Shown here one piece after another: positions 39,401 to 52,240 of a stretch of 64,000 nucleotides of DNA. The position numbers and the translations under genes were made by a program. Where the stretch lies: the NCBI RefSeq assembly GCF_037042905.1, contig NC_087246.1, forward strand, positions 5,644,001 to 5,708,000, in the 5' to 3' direction. Origin of the DNA: Lytechinus pictus (lineage: Eukaryota). Below the pieces are notes generated by a model that saw only the letters and a list, made by a program, of their open reading frames with translations, was not told where the DNA came from and did not search any database. Every line of letters starts with the position of its first letter. Position 1 is the first letter of the stretch.

Positions 39401-40680
39401 AAAATGAAATGAATACCTTACCGTATGTTTTAACATGACTGTATTTCGACTTGTTCTGCATTCCACACTCTCTCCTTTGCAGCCTGAACGATTATCATTG
39501 TAATACAAACAAAGAATGAAACAAATTGAAATCATTGATGATTTTGCTTGCACATGCACGAGGCGTTTGATTTAAATTCTAAGTAGGCATATGCATAAAT
39601 ATAAGGGCTTTCATGGTTATCAACTAATATTGAAATAAAAACGGATGGCTCAATTGACAGTATGGACAGTATTTAAAACAAAGCGCTACTAAACAAAAAG
39701 CTACCCCGAGGCGTTTTATTTCTGAGAAGACCAGATGAAAAAAACTGAAGCAAATTGTTGAAATTTAAGTTTGGCAAAATATATAATACAGTAAAACAAA
39801 ATAATTTCATTTTTTTTCATCAGATTCCTAAATAAAATTCAATTTGAGGGAAGATCACATCAGACATTATTGTACTCACTCTGGACGAATGGAAACAGTT
39901 TCCATTCGTCCAGAGTGAGTACAATAATGTCTGATGTGATCTTCCCTCAAATAATAGTTCACATGTTGGTTCGGTAAACATCAGTTTTATACTTCGGGAA
40001 AAAAAAATCAGTTTTGTGAAACTAATTGTGGTATTGACTTGTTTATTGATTTAATGCAATACCACTGATGACATGGCAATGATATATCAATTGTTTGATT
40101 TATAAAATACCCTATGAAAATAATTGAATTTGAAATTCAAAATATTTACACAAGACATAAATGACACATAGCTCCTTAATAGACCAAAAACTTTGAGAAT
40201 AAAAATGTATTTCATAAATTACTTTTGGAAAACATATATCTCCATATAATTTTTCTTTCTTTACATAAAATGAATTTTGACCCTTTTTTCAAGTCTTGAT
40301 ACCACATATGTTTGATTTTTTTTTAATTCATGGTCTTTGACCTTGCAATGTTATGTAAGATCTGAAAAATATTTTATACAAGTTTCAATCAATATATCAT
40401 TGTAATGTCAATAAATTAGATGAAATTATACTTGCTGAGGTTAAACTTTGATGTTGATATCTCGGTCAACAATAGCCTATAAAATACTATATGTAGAACT
40501 GGTTACTTACAATCGCAAACCTCCAAGTAGAACGGGCGATGGAGTAGAATCAGAATCTACTGAATCTGTTACCACAGTACTGCTGCTACTTCCATCAAGA
40601 GAAAGACTGTCCTCCGATGATGTACACTGATGTGATTCACCCGTTTGGCCAACACTCAGAATGCCCCGAAAACCATACAT
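30413..40680 (-). CDS. Uncharacterised Ser-rich, largely low-complexity coiled-coil protein (~1145 aa); exons 40680-40511, 39483-39422, 38650-38599, 37195-35947, 35795-35783, 33748-33375, 32335-30947, 30541-30413
   Basis: All introns are GT-AG with matching phases (2,1,2,0,1,0,0). Total length is 3438 nt, 1146 codons including the stop. An in-frame TGA lies upstream of the ATG. Two ORFs over 440 aa and a heptad-rich exon support coding status. Confidence 0.82.
34299..34463. mobile_element. Palindromic MITE (CACTGTAAAAA termini, TA flanks)
   Basis: Near-perfect 165-bp hairpin flanked by TA; EnSpm-like ends. Confidence 0.85.
35412..35701. mobile_element. Degenerate G/C-run hAT-like MITE
   Basis: GGATCCAGGGGGG...CCTGGATCCCGCTCCTG. 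A related fragment lies at ~52490-52683. Confidence 0.55.
37464..38101. mobile_element. Tc1/mariner-type palindromic MITE
   Basis: TA|CCGTGTGAGTA...TACTCACACGG|TA with arms complementary over ~250 bp. Confidence 0.85.
39842..39952. repeat. Perfect palindrome: 55-bp arms with a 1-nt spacer
   Basis: ATTTGAGGG...GGAAAC-A-GTTTCC...CCCTCAAAT. Confidence 0.95.
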
Positions 40681-41244
40681 TTTTAGTACATCACTTGGTC
40701 TATTGTTTCACAAAAGTCAGATCAGGCTGTTTTACTACAAGAAAAATAATATGATTACATTAACAATAGGGGAAGGGCAAGAAGAATTGTTAGAGGAATA
40801 TCAATAAGAACAAAAAGAGCAAGAACATAAAAAACAAGATCAGAGCATTAATGAAATAATCGGAGTAAATAAAACATATACTGTATACAGCTTAAGTGGA
40901 GAATAGATGATTTGTTCATAATATACGGATCTAAATTATTGTAGTTGGTTTTAACATCAGTGAGTCCAAATTTAATTTGATTAACATATTATTAGTTAAT
41001 GCACAATATGCAATTTACAAGGTATATAGTTCAGGTTAAAAAATATTATTAAAGAAGATATGGCTAACTTTGTGACATAATATACATGTATGTGATATTT
41101 ATGGGCAATTGAATGTTACATCTGGTTTCATCATGTACATCAGCTGACAAGCAATCAAACTCACAATCTAATTCTAAACCTCAGCCAAACCTGTCAACAG
41201 CCATTTAAACAAACAAAAAACTGACCGAATACATACGTAAGGTT

Positions 41245-42022
41245 ACTTAAGGTTCAGTTCTGGACGCAGTATCTTATTAAGAAGGTAAATTTTAAAAGTT
41301 CTGTTCTTGTCCAGCTCCTGGTGATAAACAGTGACGTCTGAATAATTGTAGCAGTCCGGGGGGAAGAACCTTAATCAAATTTAAATTCAACATCAGGGTC
41401 ACATTTGTGAAGAACATAAAGGTCTCTATCATGTCACCCTATAGCTCGTCTATAGTATAATCAAGAGTAAGCTTCTTCAATCTCTGAGTCAGGTAAGACG
41501 TAGCGAGTAGCGAGTCTCTGCACATTCTCAAGCGCATCAATATGTATGGATTCCACACAGCATGACCAGTCTAGATGAGGCCGAACCAAAGCCTTAAACA
41601 AATCTCTTAAACATATCTTCATCCAAAAACACATCCTTAGCCGGTTAGCTCTTGACACAATTTTTTGTACGTGAGCATCAAAAGAATGTCCGCCATCTAG
41701 ATCTATGCCAATGTCCTTCATCGTATCAACATGCTCTAGGCCTATACTACTATATAGACTACCGGTATATTATGTACATTGCCTTTCTTCAAGTTATATG
41801 ACCTGGGAGAGCAATTTGACACCTTTTAAATAATAGGTCTGACCAAAAGTCAAAACTTTACACTTCTCAAGACTCGGGATGGAAGTTAAAAAACCACTGA
41901 CTTATCAGACCAACACTGTAATGGATCTAGAGTCTACATGAAGATCGTCTTGTAACTGAGAAGAATCATGATCGCAAGTAATCTCGCTAAGATTAAGAAT
42001 CTTAATGTCATCTGCAAAAAAA
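41245..42022 (-). mobile_element. Old CR1 LINE 3' fragment
   Basis: FADD at ~42007-42018, ALVRPHL and LENVQRLATR. The 3' UTR is shared with the inverted copy at ~49315-49440. Confidence 0.8.
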
Positions 42023-42094
42023 TATGTGACCTTAATTCGCGCGTTACCTAATTTTGCGCACGGTCGAACACCTCAATATCTAATTAATATTTTT

Positions 42095-42833
42095 CAATTC
42101 AATTCAATTCAATTCATTTTATTCAATCATCTAAAAAAATCAATATACAAACCAAAATATATACAAATCATACATGAATGTAACAGTATAGTTTAAAGGA
42201 GAATGAAACCCTTGAAACCAGCTGAATCCATATCAAAGAGAAAAATCTAAGAAACATATTGTTGAAAGTTTGAGGAAGATTGAATGAATAATAAGAAAGT
42301 TATGAGCATTTGAATATTGAGATCACTAATGCCATGTAGATCCTCCCATTGGCAATGCAACCAAGATCTGTGATGTCACACACGTACAACTCCCTCATTA
42401 CTTTAGTACTTATTTCACTTATATTCTCACTTTTATAGAGTCTATCACAAGGTGAGGTGTTCTCTTTATGAGAGGACAAGTACAGAGGTTTCACAACATT
42501 ATATCATTGATGAATCGTTTGTCATATGATTAGAATGAGCAAAAAGAGATGTTTTGGGGTATATTTTCAGTGTCCAAAAGGGGAGAGTTGTTCATCTGTG
42601 ACATCATAGATCTTGGTCGCATTGCCAATAGGAGGATCTCCATATCATTAGTGATCTCGACATTCAAATACTCATAACTCTTCTATTGCTAGTCCTATTT
42701 TACTCAAAATTTTGTTGATCTTATTCTTTGATTTTTCTGCTTTCACAAAAGCTAACTTGCTCCAAGAGTTTCATTCTCCTTTAAATGATTAGGGTGTCCC
42801 TAAAAGCAAAAGCTTGATGAGTGGGACACCCAA

Positions 42834-42871
<38 letters not shown>

Positions 42872-45800
42872 CGTACATAAAAGTGAAAAGGTAACAATAA
42901 TAAACACAAACAATACATAAGAAAATAAGACGGTAAACCTACAGGGGAGAGGAGGGGGGGGGGGGTCAGGAAAAGGGTGTGGAAATGAATTGTGTGATTA
43001 ATTGGCATACATAATTACAAGTGAACTTTTGAGTTTTGTTTTAAATGCAGTAACATTTGTGCTAGAAATTACAGTGGAAGGGAGGGAATTCCATATTCGA
43101 GGACCAGTGGATTTAAATGAATAAAGGGTTGATTGATTGAATGCTACAGGGTAATGGAATTTAGAGTTTGAACGGGTATTGTATTGATGGTAGTCTTTAT
43201 TATATTTAAATAGATTAATCATATTAAGGGGTGCTAAGTTGTGATTTACGTAGTACATTAGAATTGCAATTTGAATTTTATGAATATCAAAAACTGTCAA
43301 GGTGTTTAATCTAAAAAATAAAGGGCGTGACGGAGCTAGGTAGTGTGAGTTAGAACAAATACGTAAAGCCTTTTTTTGGAGTATGTGTATGGGGTTTAGT
43401 TTTGTAGTGCCACAACTTGCCCAAGTGATATTACCATAATAGATATAAGGAAGCAATAAAGAATTGTAGAGCATAAGCAAATGTTTTTCTGTAAGATTAT
43501 TACGTAATTTAGCTAATATACCTATATTTTTTGACATCTTATTACTAACAAAAAAGCGGTGTTCATTGTAAGACAATTTGTCATCAAGTACAAATCCTAA
43601 GAATTTTACGGAATTTACTAATTTTAAAGTTACATTTCTAATTTTAACATTGAAGTCGAAAGATACATTGTGGGATAAATGAGGTTTTCGAAAATACATA
43701 ACACTTGTTTTGTCATAATTGACAACGAGTTTGTTTGCATCGAACCAATCACAAATCTTACATAATTCATCATTTGTTTTTTCCAGTAAATATATAAAAT
43801 TGCTATGGGTAGAAATAATAGTAGTGTCATCAGCAAATAAAACATAATTAAAGAATGAAGATGCTGAACATAAATCATTTATATAAATAAGGAAGAGAAG
43901 CGGGCCCAGTATGGAGCCTTGGGGGACTCCATACTGGGCGATAGAATATTGAGAATCATAATTGTTAAATGAAGTGTAGTTTTGTCGATCAATTAAGTAG
44001 TTCTGGAACCATTCCCACACTGCTCCCCTAATACCGTAATGAGTTAATTTATATAAGAGAATGTTATGGTCTATGAGATCGAAGGCTTTTGATAGGTCTA
44101 GGAATATTCCAAATGAGTGGTAATTATTATTCATATTAGTTAAGAGGGTATTATTTAAGTCAATTAATGCATGCTCACATGAATGTCCTACCCTAAATCC
44201 GTATTGACAGTTGTTTAATATTCTGTTATTATCTAAGTGGGAAATTAATCTTTTGTAAACAATTTTTTCCAGGATCTTAGAAAAGCATGATAATAATGTA
44301 ATAGGTCGGTAATTAGAAAATGAATGTTTATCGCCTTTTTTGAAAACTGGGATGATTTTTCAGATTTTTAAGCCATTAGGTACTTTGCCAGAACATAAAG
44401 ATAAATTAAATATATGTACTAATGGTTTAAGTATAGAAAAAATTACTTTTTTTATAACAAAGGAACTTATATCGTCAAAACCGGTACTATAGGTCAACTT
44501 TAATTCCTTAACGATTTTAATTATTTCTAATTCATTGGTCGGATAAAAATACATAGAGGATTGACATGGATTACTTAGGTATTGGCTAAAATGATTTTTG
44601 AAATTATGAGCAGATTGTTTTAGGGTATTTGAGGCAATATTGGAAAAGAAGTTGTTAAATTAATTTACTATATCTTGATTATTACAGACTTTAACATTAT
44701 TTTTCATAAAATATAAAGGAAAATTTTGTTTATTTTTCTTACACATTAGGTCGTTTATAATTTGCCAAACCTTTCTAAGATTATTTTTATTCTTGGATAA
44801 TAAATCACAATAATATTTTTTACGAGCTGATCTTAAAAGCTGATTTAAAATGTTACGATATTTCTTATATTTCATTTCAATTGATTTAGTACGTTTTTGG
44901 CAAAAAGGTTTGTGAAGTCGATTTTTTTTATTGATACATTTTAACAAGCCATGACTAATCCAAGGCTTTTTAGCCGAAATCTTAGTCTTTTTTTCAAGTT
45001 TACAATTCACATTAAATGCTGATTTGAATACTTCAAGGAAATTATTATATGCATCATCTGCATCACCTAATGATAATATATGATTCCAGTCAAAAGAGAG
45101 TAACATTTTGTTGAGGCTATCAATATTTTCTTTGTTAATGCTTCTTTTCTTAAAATTCAAATCGACGTCTGTTTTAGAATAAGACCTTATATTACGGGTA
45201 ATTGAAAAAATTGGCAAATGGTCAGTTGTATCGTCATAAAATATTCCAGAAGATATATTATTTTCGCATACATTCGTAAAAATATTGTCGATTAAAGTTG
45301 TCGAGCAACGTGTTATTCTTGTAGGTCGGTTAATCAAGGGTCTGAGGGAATTATTATACATTATATTAAAAAAATCATTGACATTTGCAACTGATGAACT
45401 ATTCAACAAATTTATATTCCAGTCACCCATAATATATATATTCTTGTTTTCATTTATAATTTTACTAAGGCATGTATTTACATCGTTATTAAAATCAGTT
45501 ACATTTGAACCAGGATCACGATAAATAATTCCAATGATTATGTTTTTTTATCACATATATTAATTTCAAGAAAGAGAGATTCACATAAGTTTTGCGCTAG
45601 ATTTATATCCACTCTTTCTATCACATTCAATGAATCATGAATCAACATGGCTACTCCACCACCTCTACTTTTTGTTCTGTCACAGTGAAAAAAATTATAA
45701 TTTTCCATATGGAATAGTTCTTTTGGAGTTAATGGGTGCATCCAGGTTTCACTGAATCCATATATTAAAAAATTAGGACTAATTTGTTTTGTAATAAAAT

Positions 45801-46110
45801 TGTGTATATTTTCAAAGTTTGTATGCAAGCTTCTTGCGTTAAAATGGAGTACACTAAATGCATCATTATCAAAAGTCATTTCAGAATTGAATTCAGCGGG
45901 TAACCAGTATCTACTTGGATTATCAAGTACAGGGCAGTTAACATCGGGATCAATATTTGATAAGTTATCTTCTTTATTTATGCACATGTTAATTTCACAA
46001 TCATTTAACTCATATTGTATATCATGGTTGAAAAGGTTGCCAAATTCTATATCGGAAAGGTTGTTAAAAGGGAAAGGGGATTCACAAAATAACATAATTT
46101 ACTCAAAGAT
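42095..46110 (-). mobile_element. CR1/L2-group (Crack-like) LINE with near-complete but dead EN-RT ORF2
   Basis: Endonuclease motifs HFNARSL, SETW, GGGV, GDWN and DH; RT motifs DLSKAFD, GVPQGSILGP and FADD. Frameshift near 45540 and stops at 44660 and 44360. 3' stem-loop at ~42790-42833, then AATAAA and (GAATT)n tail at ~42095-42122. Confidence 0.93.
42197..42780. mobile_element. Kolobok-like MITE (584 bp) in the LINE 3' UTR
   Basis: TTAA|AGGAGAATGAAAC...GTTTCATTCTCCT|TTAA. Confidence 0.9.
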
Positions 46111-46235
46111 TAAGGGTAAAAAATACAATGGAAAAACAAAAAACTGCTTCACCAACAGAAAGAGCGACTTAATATTACCCAGTATAGTAATTTTCTTGAA
46201 GGTAAGGTCTCTATTAATGAAAATATTGGCAAAAC

Positions 46236-46440
46236 ATGAATGAATGAATGAACTTTATTGATCCTCCTTGAAAAAGTAACATATAACAAGATACATGTAC
46301 AATTATATGCTAACGCATATGTCGAAAACAATTAAAAGCAACAAATATCGATAATTAAAGGAAAGTAATATAAGGACAAGGAAGACGAGGAGACCTTTGG
46401 AAGCCAGGCTAATGGCTTGTTATACGGTCCCTCAGTATTG
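46236..46440 (-). repeat. 3' end of another LINE
   Basis: Minus strand shows a stem-loop, AATAAA and a (TTCA)n tail. Confidence 0.5.
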
Positions 46441-47161
46441 AAACAATATGCTATTTGTTTGTTTAAAGCAAAACTTTATTCTAGCTAAACTGGTTGATAA
46501 TACTAAAAAAGGGATACTTATGTGGTTAAAAACTATTTACAGAAGAAAAATGGATATGTTAAAAAAAAACATCGGCAAATTTTGTTCCCTTTTGCGTCCG
46601 CTCCGAGAAAATCCGACTTTCTCGACAAGCATGATCAAGAATTCGCCAGTTTGCAAGCGGAGGTCTCCAAATAAGTAAGTAAAATGTGATACCAACCGAA
46701 TTTATGGCATTTTAACCTCCATCTGATACAATTATCTTACCTTTGTCTGTTTGATTTCTTTTCTAAATCCTTGCAAAACTATCATGCGCAAATTAAGGTC
46801 ACACTTTTTTAATGACATTTTTCAGCCGAGCGCGCACTAGTCAATCTCCGTGGAATTTTGAGATCGCGATACCGGCGAAACCCTTGACCTACTTTATAAT
46901 TCCGTCAAGCGAATTCGATTTTGGATCTTGTCTTCCGCTTGGTATTCATGATTTTGATTAATTTTGTGTGAGCTGTGAGAAATTTTTGATTGAAAATCAA
47001 CTTCATGATGTTTTTTTTAAATGTGCGCAAAATATGGTCACCCCATTATACACATCACTCGTAACAGTCAGGTAGATCTAGACCGTTCACATACAGAGAG
47101 AATGAAACCCAAAAGACTACCTTGAGGAATCCCACTGGCACTGGAATACTGGTGCCCAAGA

Positions 47162-49254
47162 CAGGGTGATCAGACGTCCCGTATTTCCCGGGATTGTCCC
47201 GTATTTTGCTCCTTTGTTCCGGCGTCCCGACAAACCTTTCCCGGGACGCCTATTTGTCCCGTATTTCAGAATATTACAACATGTAGTTAATACATTTAAA
47301 AGTGACGAATTTGTCATTAATAACCAACAGATGATGAAGCAGAGACAACAATTAAATCGATAACTGTAAGCTTTTTCAAGTTCTGCGGTGATTTTCTTGC
47401 TAACCCATTACATTGCAAACGAACTGGCCTCCTGCCTGTGTGTGGCAGGCTACTATAGCTAGGCATGTAGGATCGGAGCAAATTCTCAATGGTGCAAACA
47501 ATCTCACATGATAAACAGTTTTTCCACCAAAATAATCACAAAATCGGCGGGAAATTCTAATAATTATATTATGGATTCTCAGATTAAAGGAGAATGAAAC
47601 TCTTGGAGCAAGTTAGCTTTTGTGAAAGCAGAAAAATCAAAGAATAAGATCAACAAAAGTTTGAGTAAAATAGGACTAGCAATAGAAGAGTTATGAGCAT
47701 TTGAATGTCGAGATCACTAATGCTATGGAGATCCTCCCTTTGGCAACGCAACCAAGATCTATGATATCACAGATGAACAACTCTCCCCTTTTGGACACTG
47801 AAAATATACCCCAAAACATCTCTTTTTGCTCATTCTAATCATATGACAAACGATTCATCAATGATATAATGTTGTGAAACCTCTGTACTTGTCCTCTCAT
47901 AAAGAGAACACCTCACCTTGTGATAGATTATATAAAAGTGAGAATATAAGTGAAATAAGTACTAAAGCAATGAGGGAGTTGTACGTGTGTGACATCACAG
48001 ATCTTGGTCGCATTGCCAATGGGAGGATCTACATGGCATTAGTGATCTCAATATTCAAATTCTCATAACTTTCTTATTATTCATTCAATCTTCCTCAAAC
48101 TTTCAACAATATGTTTCTTTGATTTTTCTCTTTGATATGGATTCAGCTGGTTTCAAGGGTTTCATTCTCCTTTAATGATTAGGAGATGAAATCGGCGGAA
48201 CAAGTCATTGAGTTTTCATTACTAGATCTAGATGTTTCAGCTTTCGTTTTGAGTCTTAATTGGTGTGTACGATGCCGCGATGTTTCATCTAATTCTTATG
48301 TTTGACGATATGTAGGCCTATCACTTTGAAATTTTATTCATTTCTAAAACATTTTACTTTTTAAAGTTTTTAGATACATTTTAAAAACACCAAATAACAT
48401 TATGATTTTTGTTAGATGATTGGATTTTTTTTGTTTGCTTGAAGTTTGAACTTTTTCCCTCTTTGTTTCTTTTCTACCCTATCCTTCCTGCTTGCCCTTT
48501 TTTCGTCCATCTATCTTTCTTTCCTGAACATTTCTCTCGCTCTCTCTGTTCATTTTTCTTTCTTTCCCTTACTTCTTTATCAAATTTCCTTTTTTTATTT
48601 CCTTAATTTTTTTTTTCCTTAAAATTTCCTTGGCTTCCTTCTCTCTTCGTCTCCAGTTAATTTCTTTTCGTTCTTTCTCTCCTTCCATTATTTTCACTTT
48701 TTTCGTTCTCTCCTCCCTTCATTCTTCCCTCCCTCTGTTTCTTCCTTCCTTTCTTTATTTCATTTTTTTTCTTCTATTTTTTTTCCCTTATTCTTTCTTT
48801 CTTTTCCTTCCTTCTCTCTTTCTGTTTTTCTTCTTTTTCAAAGAATGAAGGAAACACTTTGTTTCCTTTATTCTTTTTTTCCTCCTCCTTTTTTATATAC
48901 CTTTTTCCCTTTGATTCTCTCCTTTTTTTTTGTCATTCACACATTTATTCATCTTCCCTTCCTTTATCTTTCTTTCTTTCTTTCTATATTCATTTCAAAG
49001 AATGACGGAAACCCTTTTTCTCTTTTATTCTTTTTTCATCCTTCGTTTATTCTAACTTTCTGTTATTTTGTTCTTTTTTCCTTTTTCTTTCCTTCTCAAT
49101 TCATCTCTTTTCTTTCTCTCCTTCATTCTTTCGTTCACCCTCCCTTCCGATTCTTTATATTTTTTTTACAAGTCTAACACTGTGTGTGGCCTTCTTTGTT
49201 GATCTTTGTTTGTCGATTGTCCCGTATTTCATTTTGTGAAATCTGGTCACCCTG
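47162..49254. mobile_element. hAT-like non-autonomous element with a pyrimidine-rich interior
   Basis: CAGGGTGATCAGA...TCTGGTCACCCTG; degenerate TSD GCCCAAGA / GTCTAAGG; CT-rich tract at ~48440-49180. Confidence 0.65.
47588..48171. mobile_element. Kolobok-like MITE, inverted near-identical copy of 42197-42780
   Basis: TTAA TSD, same 584-bp length, reverse-complement sequence. Confidence 0.9.
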
Positions 49255-49440
49255 GTCTAAGGATGTATTACAATTTGAAAAAAAGGATTGATTTTTGGTG
49301 GCGTAATGCAGAATTTAAATTTGATTAGGTTCCTCCCCGGACCGCGCTAATTCTTCAGACGTCACTGTTTATCACCAGGAGCTGGACATAGAGCCTTTAG
49401 AGGAACAGAAGAACCTGCGTCCAGAACTGAACCTTATGTA
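49255..49440 (+). repeat. CR1 3'-end fragment
   Basis: Reverse complement of much of 41245-41380. Confidence 0.65.
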
Positions 49441-50374
49441 TGTATGTAACTCCTACCACTTTACTTTAGTACCAGAAGTTTGTCATTATTCAGAAGGTGG
49501 ACTTCAGCCCAAATAATTTCCTCGTAGCTACCAAATTTACTGACCTCACTAACGGCAAGCGAATTTGAAAAATACAGTAACCCCTGGCTTAGCATTTTTT
49601 TAAATCCAGAGTCTAGACTAGACTAACAAGTTAGAGATGGAGTCTAAAAATGAACATGTAGGTATGTAGAAAGACTAAAGAGAGATCTGTGCCCTTTGAT
49701 CGATGAACAGGCTTAGCCTTAGTCTACAAGTACAACATCGTTGGAGTAGCCTATAACTATAAACTAATTTAAACCCGAGTTCAGCTACGCCTAGGCCTGA
49801 GCTAGACTACGGACCTAACTTAGTTTCTAACTTGTCGTTTGTACCGGTAGTGGTACTAGTAGTACTCACTAGGCCTAACTTGGCCTAGATGTAGATCTAA
49901 CTTTTGATCTAACGTTAGTCTCGACTCTAGTCTAGATTCTAGTTACTAGGCTTATAGGCTTAGGCTAGGATAGAATCTAGATTTGATCTAGACTAATAAA
50001 TCTGCTGTCTCAGAGGAGTTTTTCAAAATTTTCTGATTTTTTTTCCTCATCCTTACACAGACGGGTGACGGCCATTGCCTTGGGCTCGTACTAGACTCTA
50101 GAGCAGTGCCAGTGGTGGAGCTCCACGGCCACGGCCACCGCGTACCGTCCGCGAAGCCTAACGTTAATACAGCGACTAAAAAGTACGTACGGACTATAAC
50201 TAGGCCTATACCGTACCGGTATAAGTTAGGGTGCGATTTTGCACCCTCCTCGACTCGTCCTCGATTAGATCTAAGTTAGATATAAAGTTAGAGCTACCGA
50301 TAATCCTAAATGTTGCTTTTGACGGGGAAAAGGGAAGAAATGATAACGATAAATTCATATTAAATAAAATCAGC

Positions 50375-50472
50375 TTACTACCTTTCCAAAAAATATGCTG
50401 GAAATGGCGAATTTTGATGAACAAGAGTGTCACGAATTAGGAGCGAGCACATAATACGCCCTTATATATGGC
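50375..50472 (-). promoter_or_regulatory. Candidate promoter and non-coding first exon of the 1145-aa gene
   Basis: TATATAAG on the minus strand at ~50461-50468, donor-like AAG|GTAGTA or GTA|GTAAGC at ~50373-50385, and a CpG-rich tract at ~50060-50260. The first coding exon has a splice acceptor at 40735-40736, so an upstream exon is expected. Confidence 0.4.
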
Positions 50473-50957
50473 AAGCCGTTTAATATTTAAGCCTATTTCT
50501 AAGTATCAAGAATTACCATTGCTTAACTACACAAACCATTTTTTTATATCAAGAATTCTATTTCTTGATACCGGTATCAAAAATTTGATTACTTGATATC
50601 AAGAAATGAATTCTTGATATTTTATACTAATTGAACATGAACCCTAGTTTGACTACTATTCTTAAAATGATTTTAACGGGATTTTTGTCCCATCAATTAG
50701 AATTGCTTGTAAAATATATGAAAAGATGTGGTTAAAAAACGTAAAATGGCAACATATCAAGAATTAATTTCATTATATGTTTCCAAAAGACAATGCACAC
50801 ACTTGTACCTGTATCAAAGATCACCCCGTGTCTTTAATATCACAGCCACAATTTTACTGTAGGCCTACAATTCATTTAAGAAAATTTTGGTTACGTCAAA
50901 TGAAATAATATTGGCAGATTTGACATTAAAAGATGTGTTAGATATCATCATCATCAT

Positions 50958-51238
50958 AATAATAACGCGGTATATCCACTTCAGTTCCGAAAACTGTTCT
51001 CCCAGTGGGCCCTGCTATTATTATTACCCGGCTAAGCTAGGCTACCTTTTCAGGTGCACACAGCTTTTTGAGGAATTGCTTCCTGCCGGTACCCATTTAC
51101 CTTAAAAAAGTGGGTCGAGTCGAGTGCAGCATACTGTGGATGAATTCCTTGCTGAAGGAAATTACGCCCGTGGCTGGGATTTGAACCCATAACCCTCTGT
51201 TTCTAAGTCCGGAGACTAATCCACTGGGCCACAACGAT
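50958..51238 (-). mobile_element. tRNA-derived SINE
   Basis: Reverse-complement homologue of 21893-22205; B-box GGTTCAAATCCC. Confidence 0.8.
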
Positions 51239-51375
51239 CATGCATGGATAAGTAAAAAAAAATTCTAACAGGCTTCTGTAGGGGAAAAGTTACGTATATC
51301 TTCTGCAATCAAAAGCTAATTAGGGAATTTATTACCAGACTTATTACTTGCCATTTTAAAGAAAAGAAAATCACT

Positions 51376-52240
51376 TGATTTGATTTGATTTGATTTATTG
51401 TTTTCTTCTGCATTCATAACATTCGTATACTGTCTTGTATAATACATTTTTCATTACATAACAAACATAATATATTGGTAATTGATTTTTTTTTGGCATG
51501 AATCATAAAATAAAAAAAATAATAAAAAATAAAATAATTTTAGTAAACAAAATGTGATCTACTACCAGAATGAGGATGATGATGGTGGTGGTGGTGGTGG
51601 TCATGGGAGAGTATTATTGAAAACAGAAAACTTATTCTGATAATAGCATGGATTTAACATTTGCCTTTAAATGAGTAAGGAGAAGAACATTTTTTTATAG
51701 ACTCTGGTATAGAGTTTAAAAAATCGGAACCGTGGTGTCTTATGGATCTCTGTGCAATAAGCAATTTGGGGTTAATTAAATAGATGAAAATTTGATAAGT
51801 TCCGTGTAGGATGAATAGATGTGTTCTTTGTATAAAAATTGTGGAATGAAGTTGGAAGCATGTTATTTATATACGTACTTGCATGAACATCAGCACTAAA
51901 CTTTGAAGTGATCTTATGTCAAATATACTGTTAGAGTCTTTAGTTCATGAAATAATGGGTATGTGTGTGATAAATACTGAGAATCAGTACAATTCGAACA
52001 GGTTTTTCTGTAATAAGTATATTGCATTAATTTTAGTTTTTGCACAGGTTGTCCAAAATATATTGCAGTACGATATATAGGGTATTGTATAGTGTGACAA
52101 GGGTAGTATGTGGAATAATATTTTTCATTTTGTTAAGCCTTACACCGACGTTTCTCGACTAGATATGCAACGTATGTGTTCGTACCAATTTCAATTTTCA
52201 TCTATTGTAACGCCTAAAAATCTGGTATCTTTTTTTTTTC
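51376..52240 (-). mobile_element. Highly decayed Crack-like LINE 3' fragment
   Basis: Remnant peptides IPYISYCNIFWTTC and SIRHHGSDFLNSIP; AATAAA plus (AAATC)n tail. Confidence 0.65.

Noticed and set aside
42020..46810. Short inverted match (GTGACCTTAATT) flanking the Crack-like LINE, and a donor-like site at 46740
   Set aside because: Too short to define an element or exon; no TSD found.
42300..48068. Two near-identical 64-aa ORFs
   Set aside because: Chance ORF within two copies of the same MITE.
48409..49177. Phe/Leu-rich membrane-like ORFs, also at 60574-60927
   Set aside because: Pyrimidine-rich low-complexity DNA.
50460..50471. CArG box
   Set aside because: CC(W)8GG rather than the canonical CC(W)6GG.
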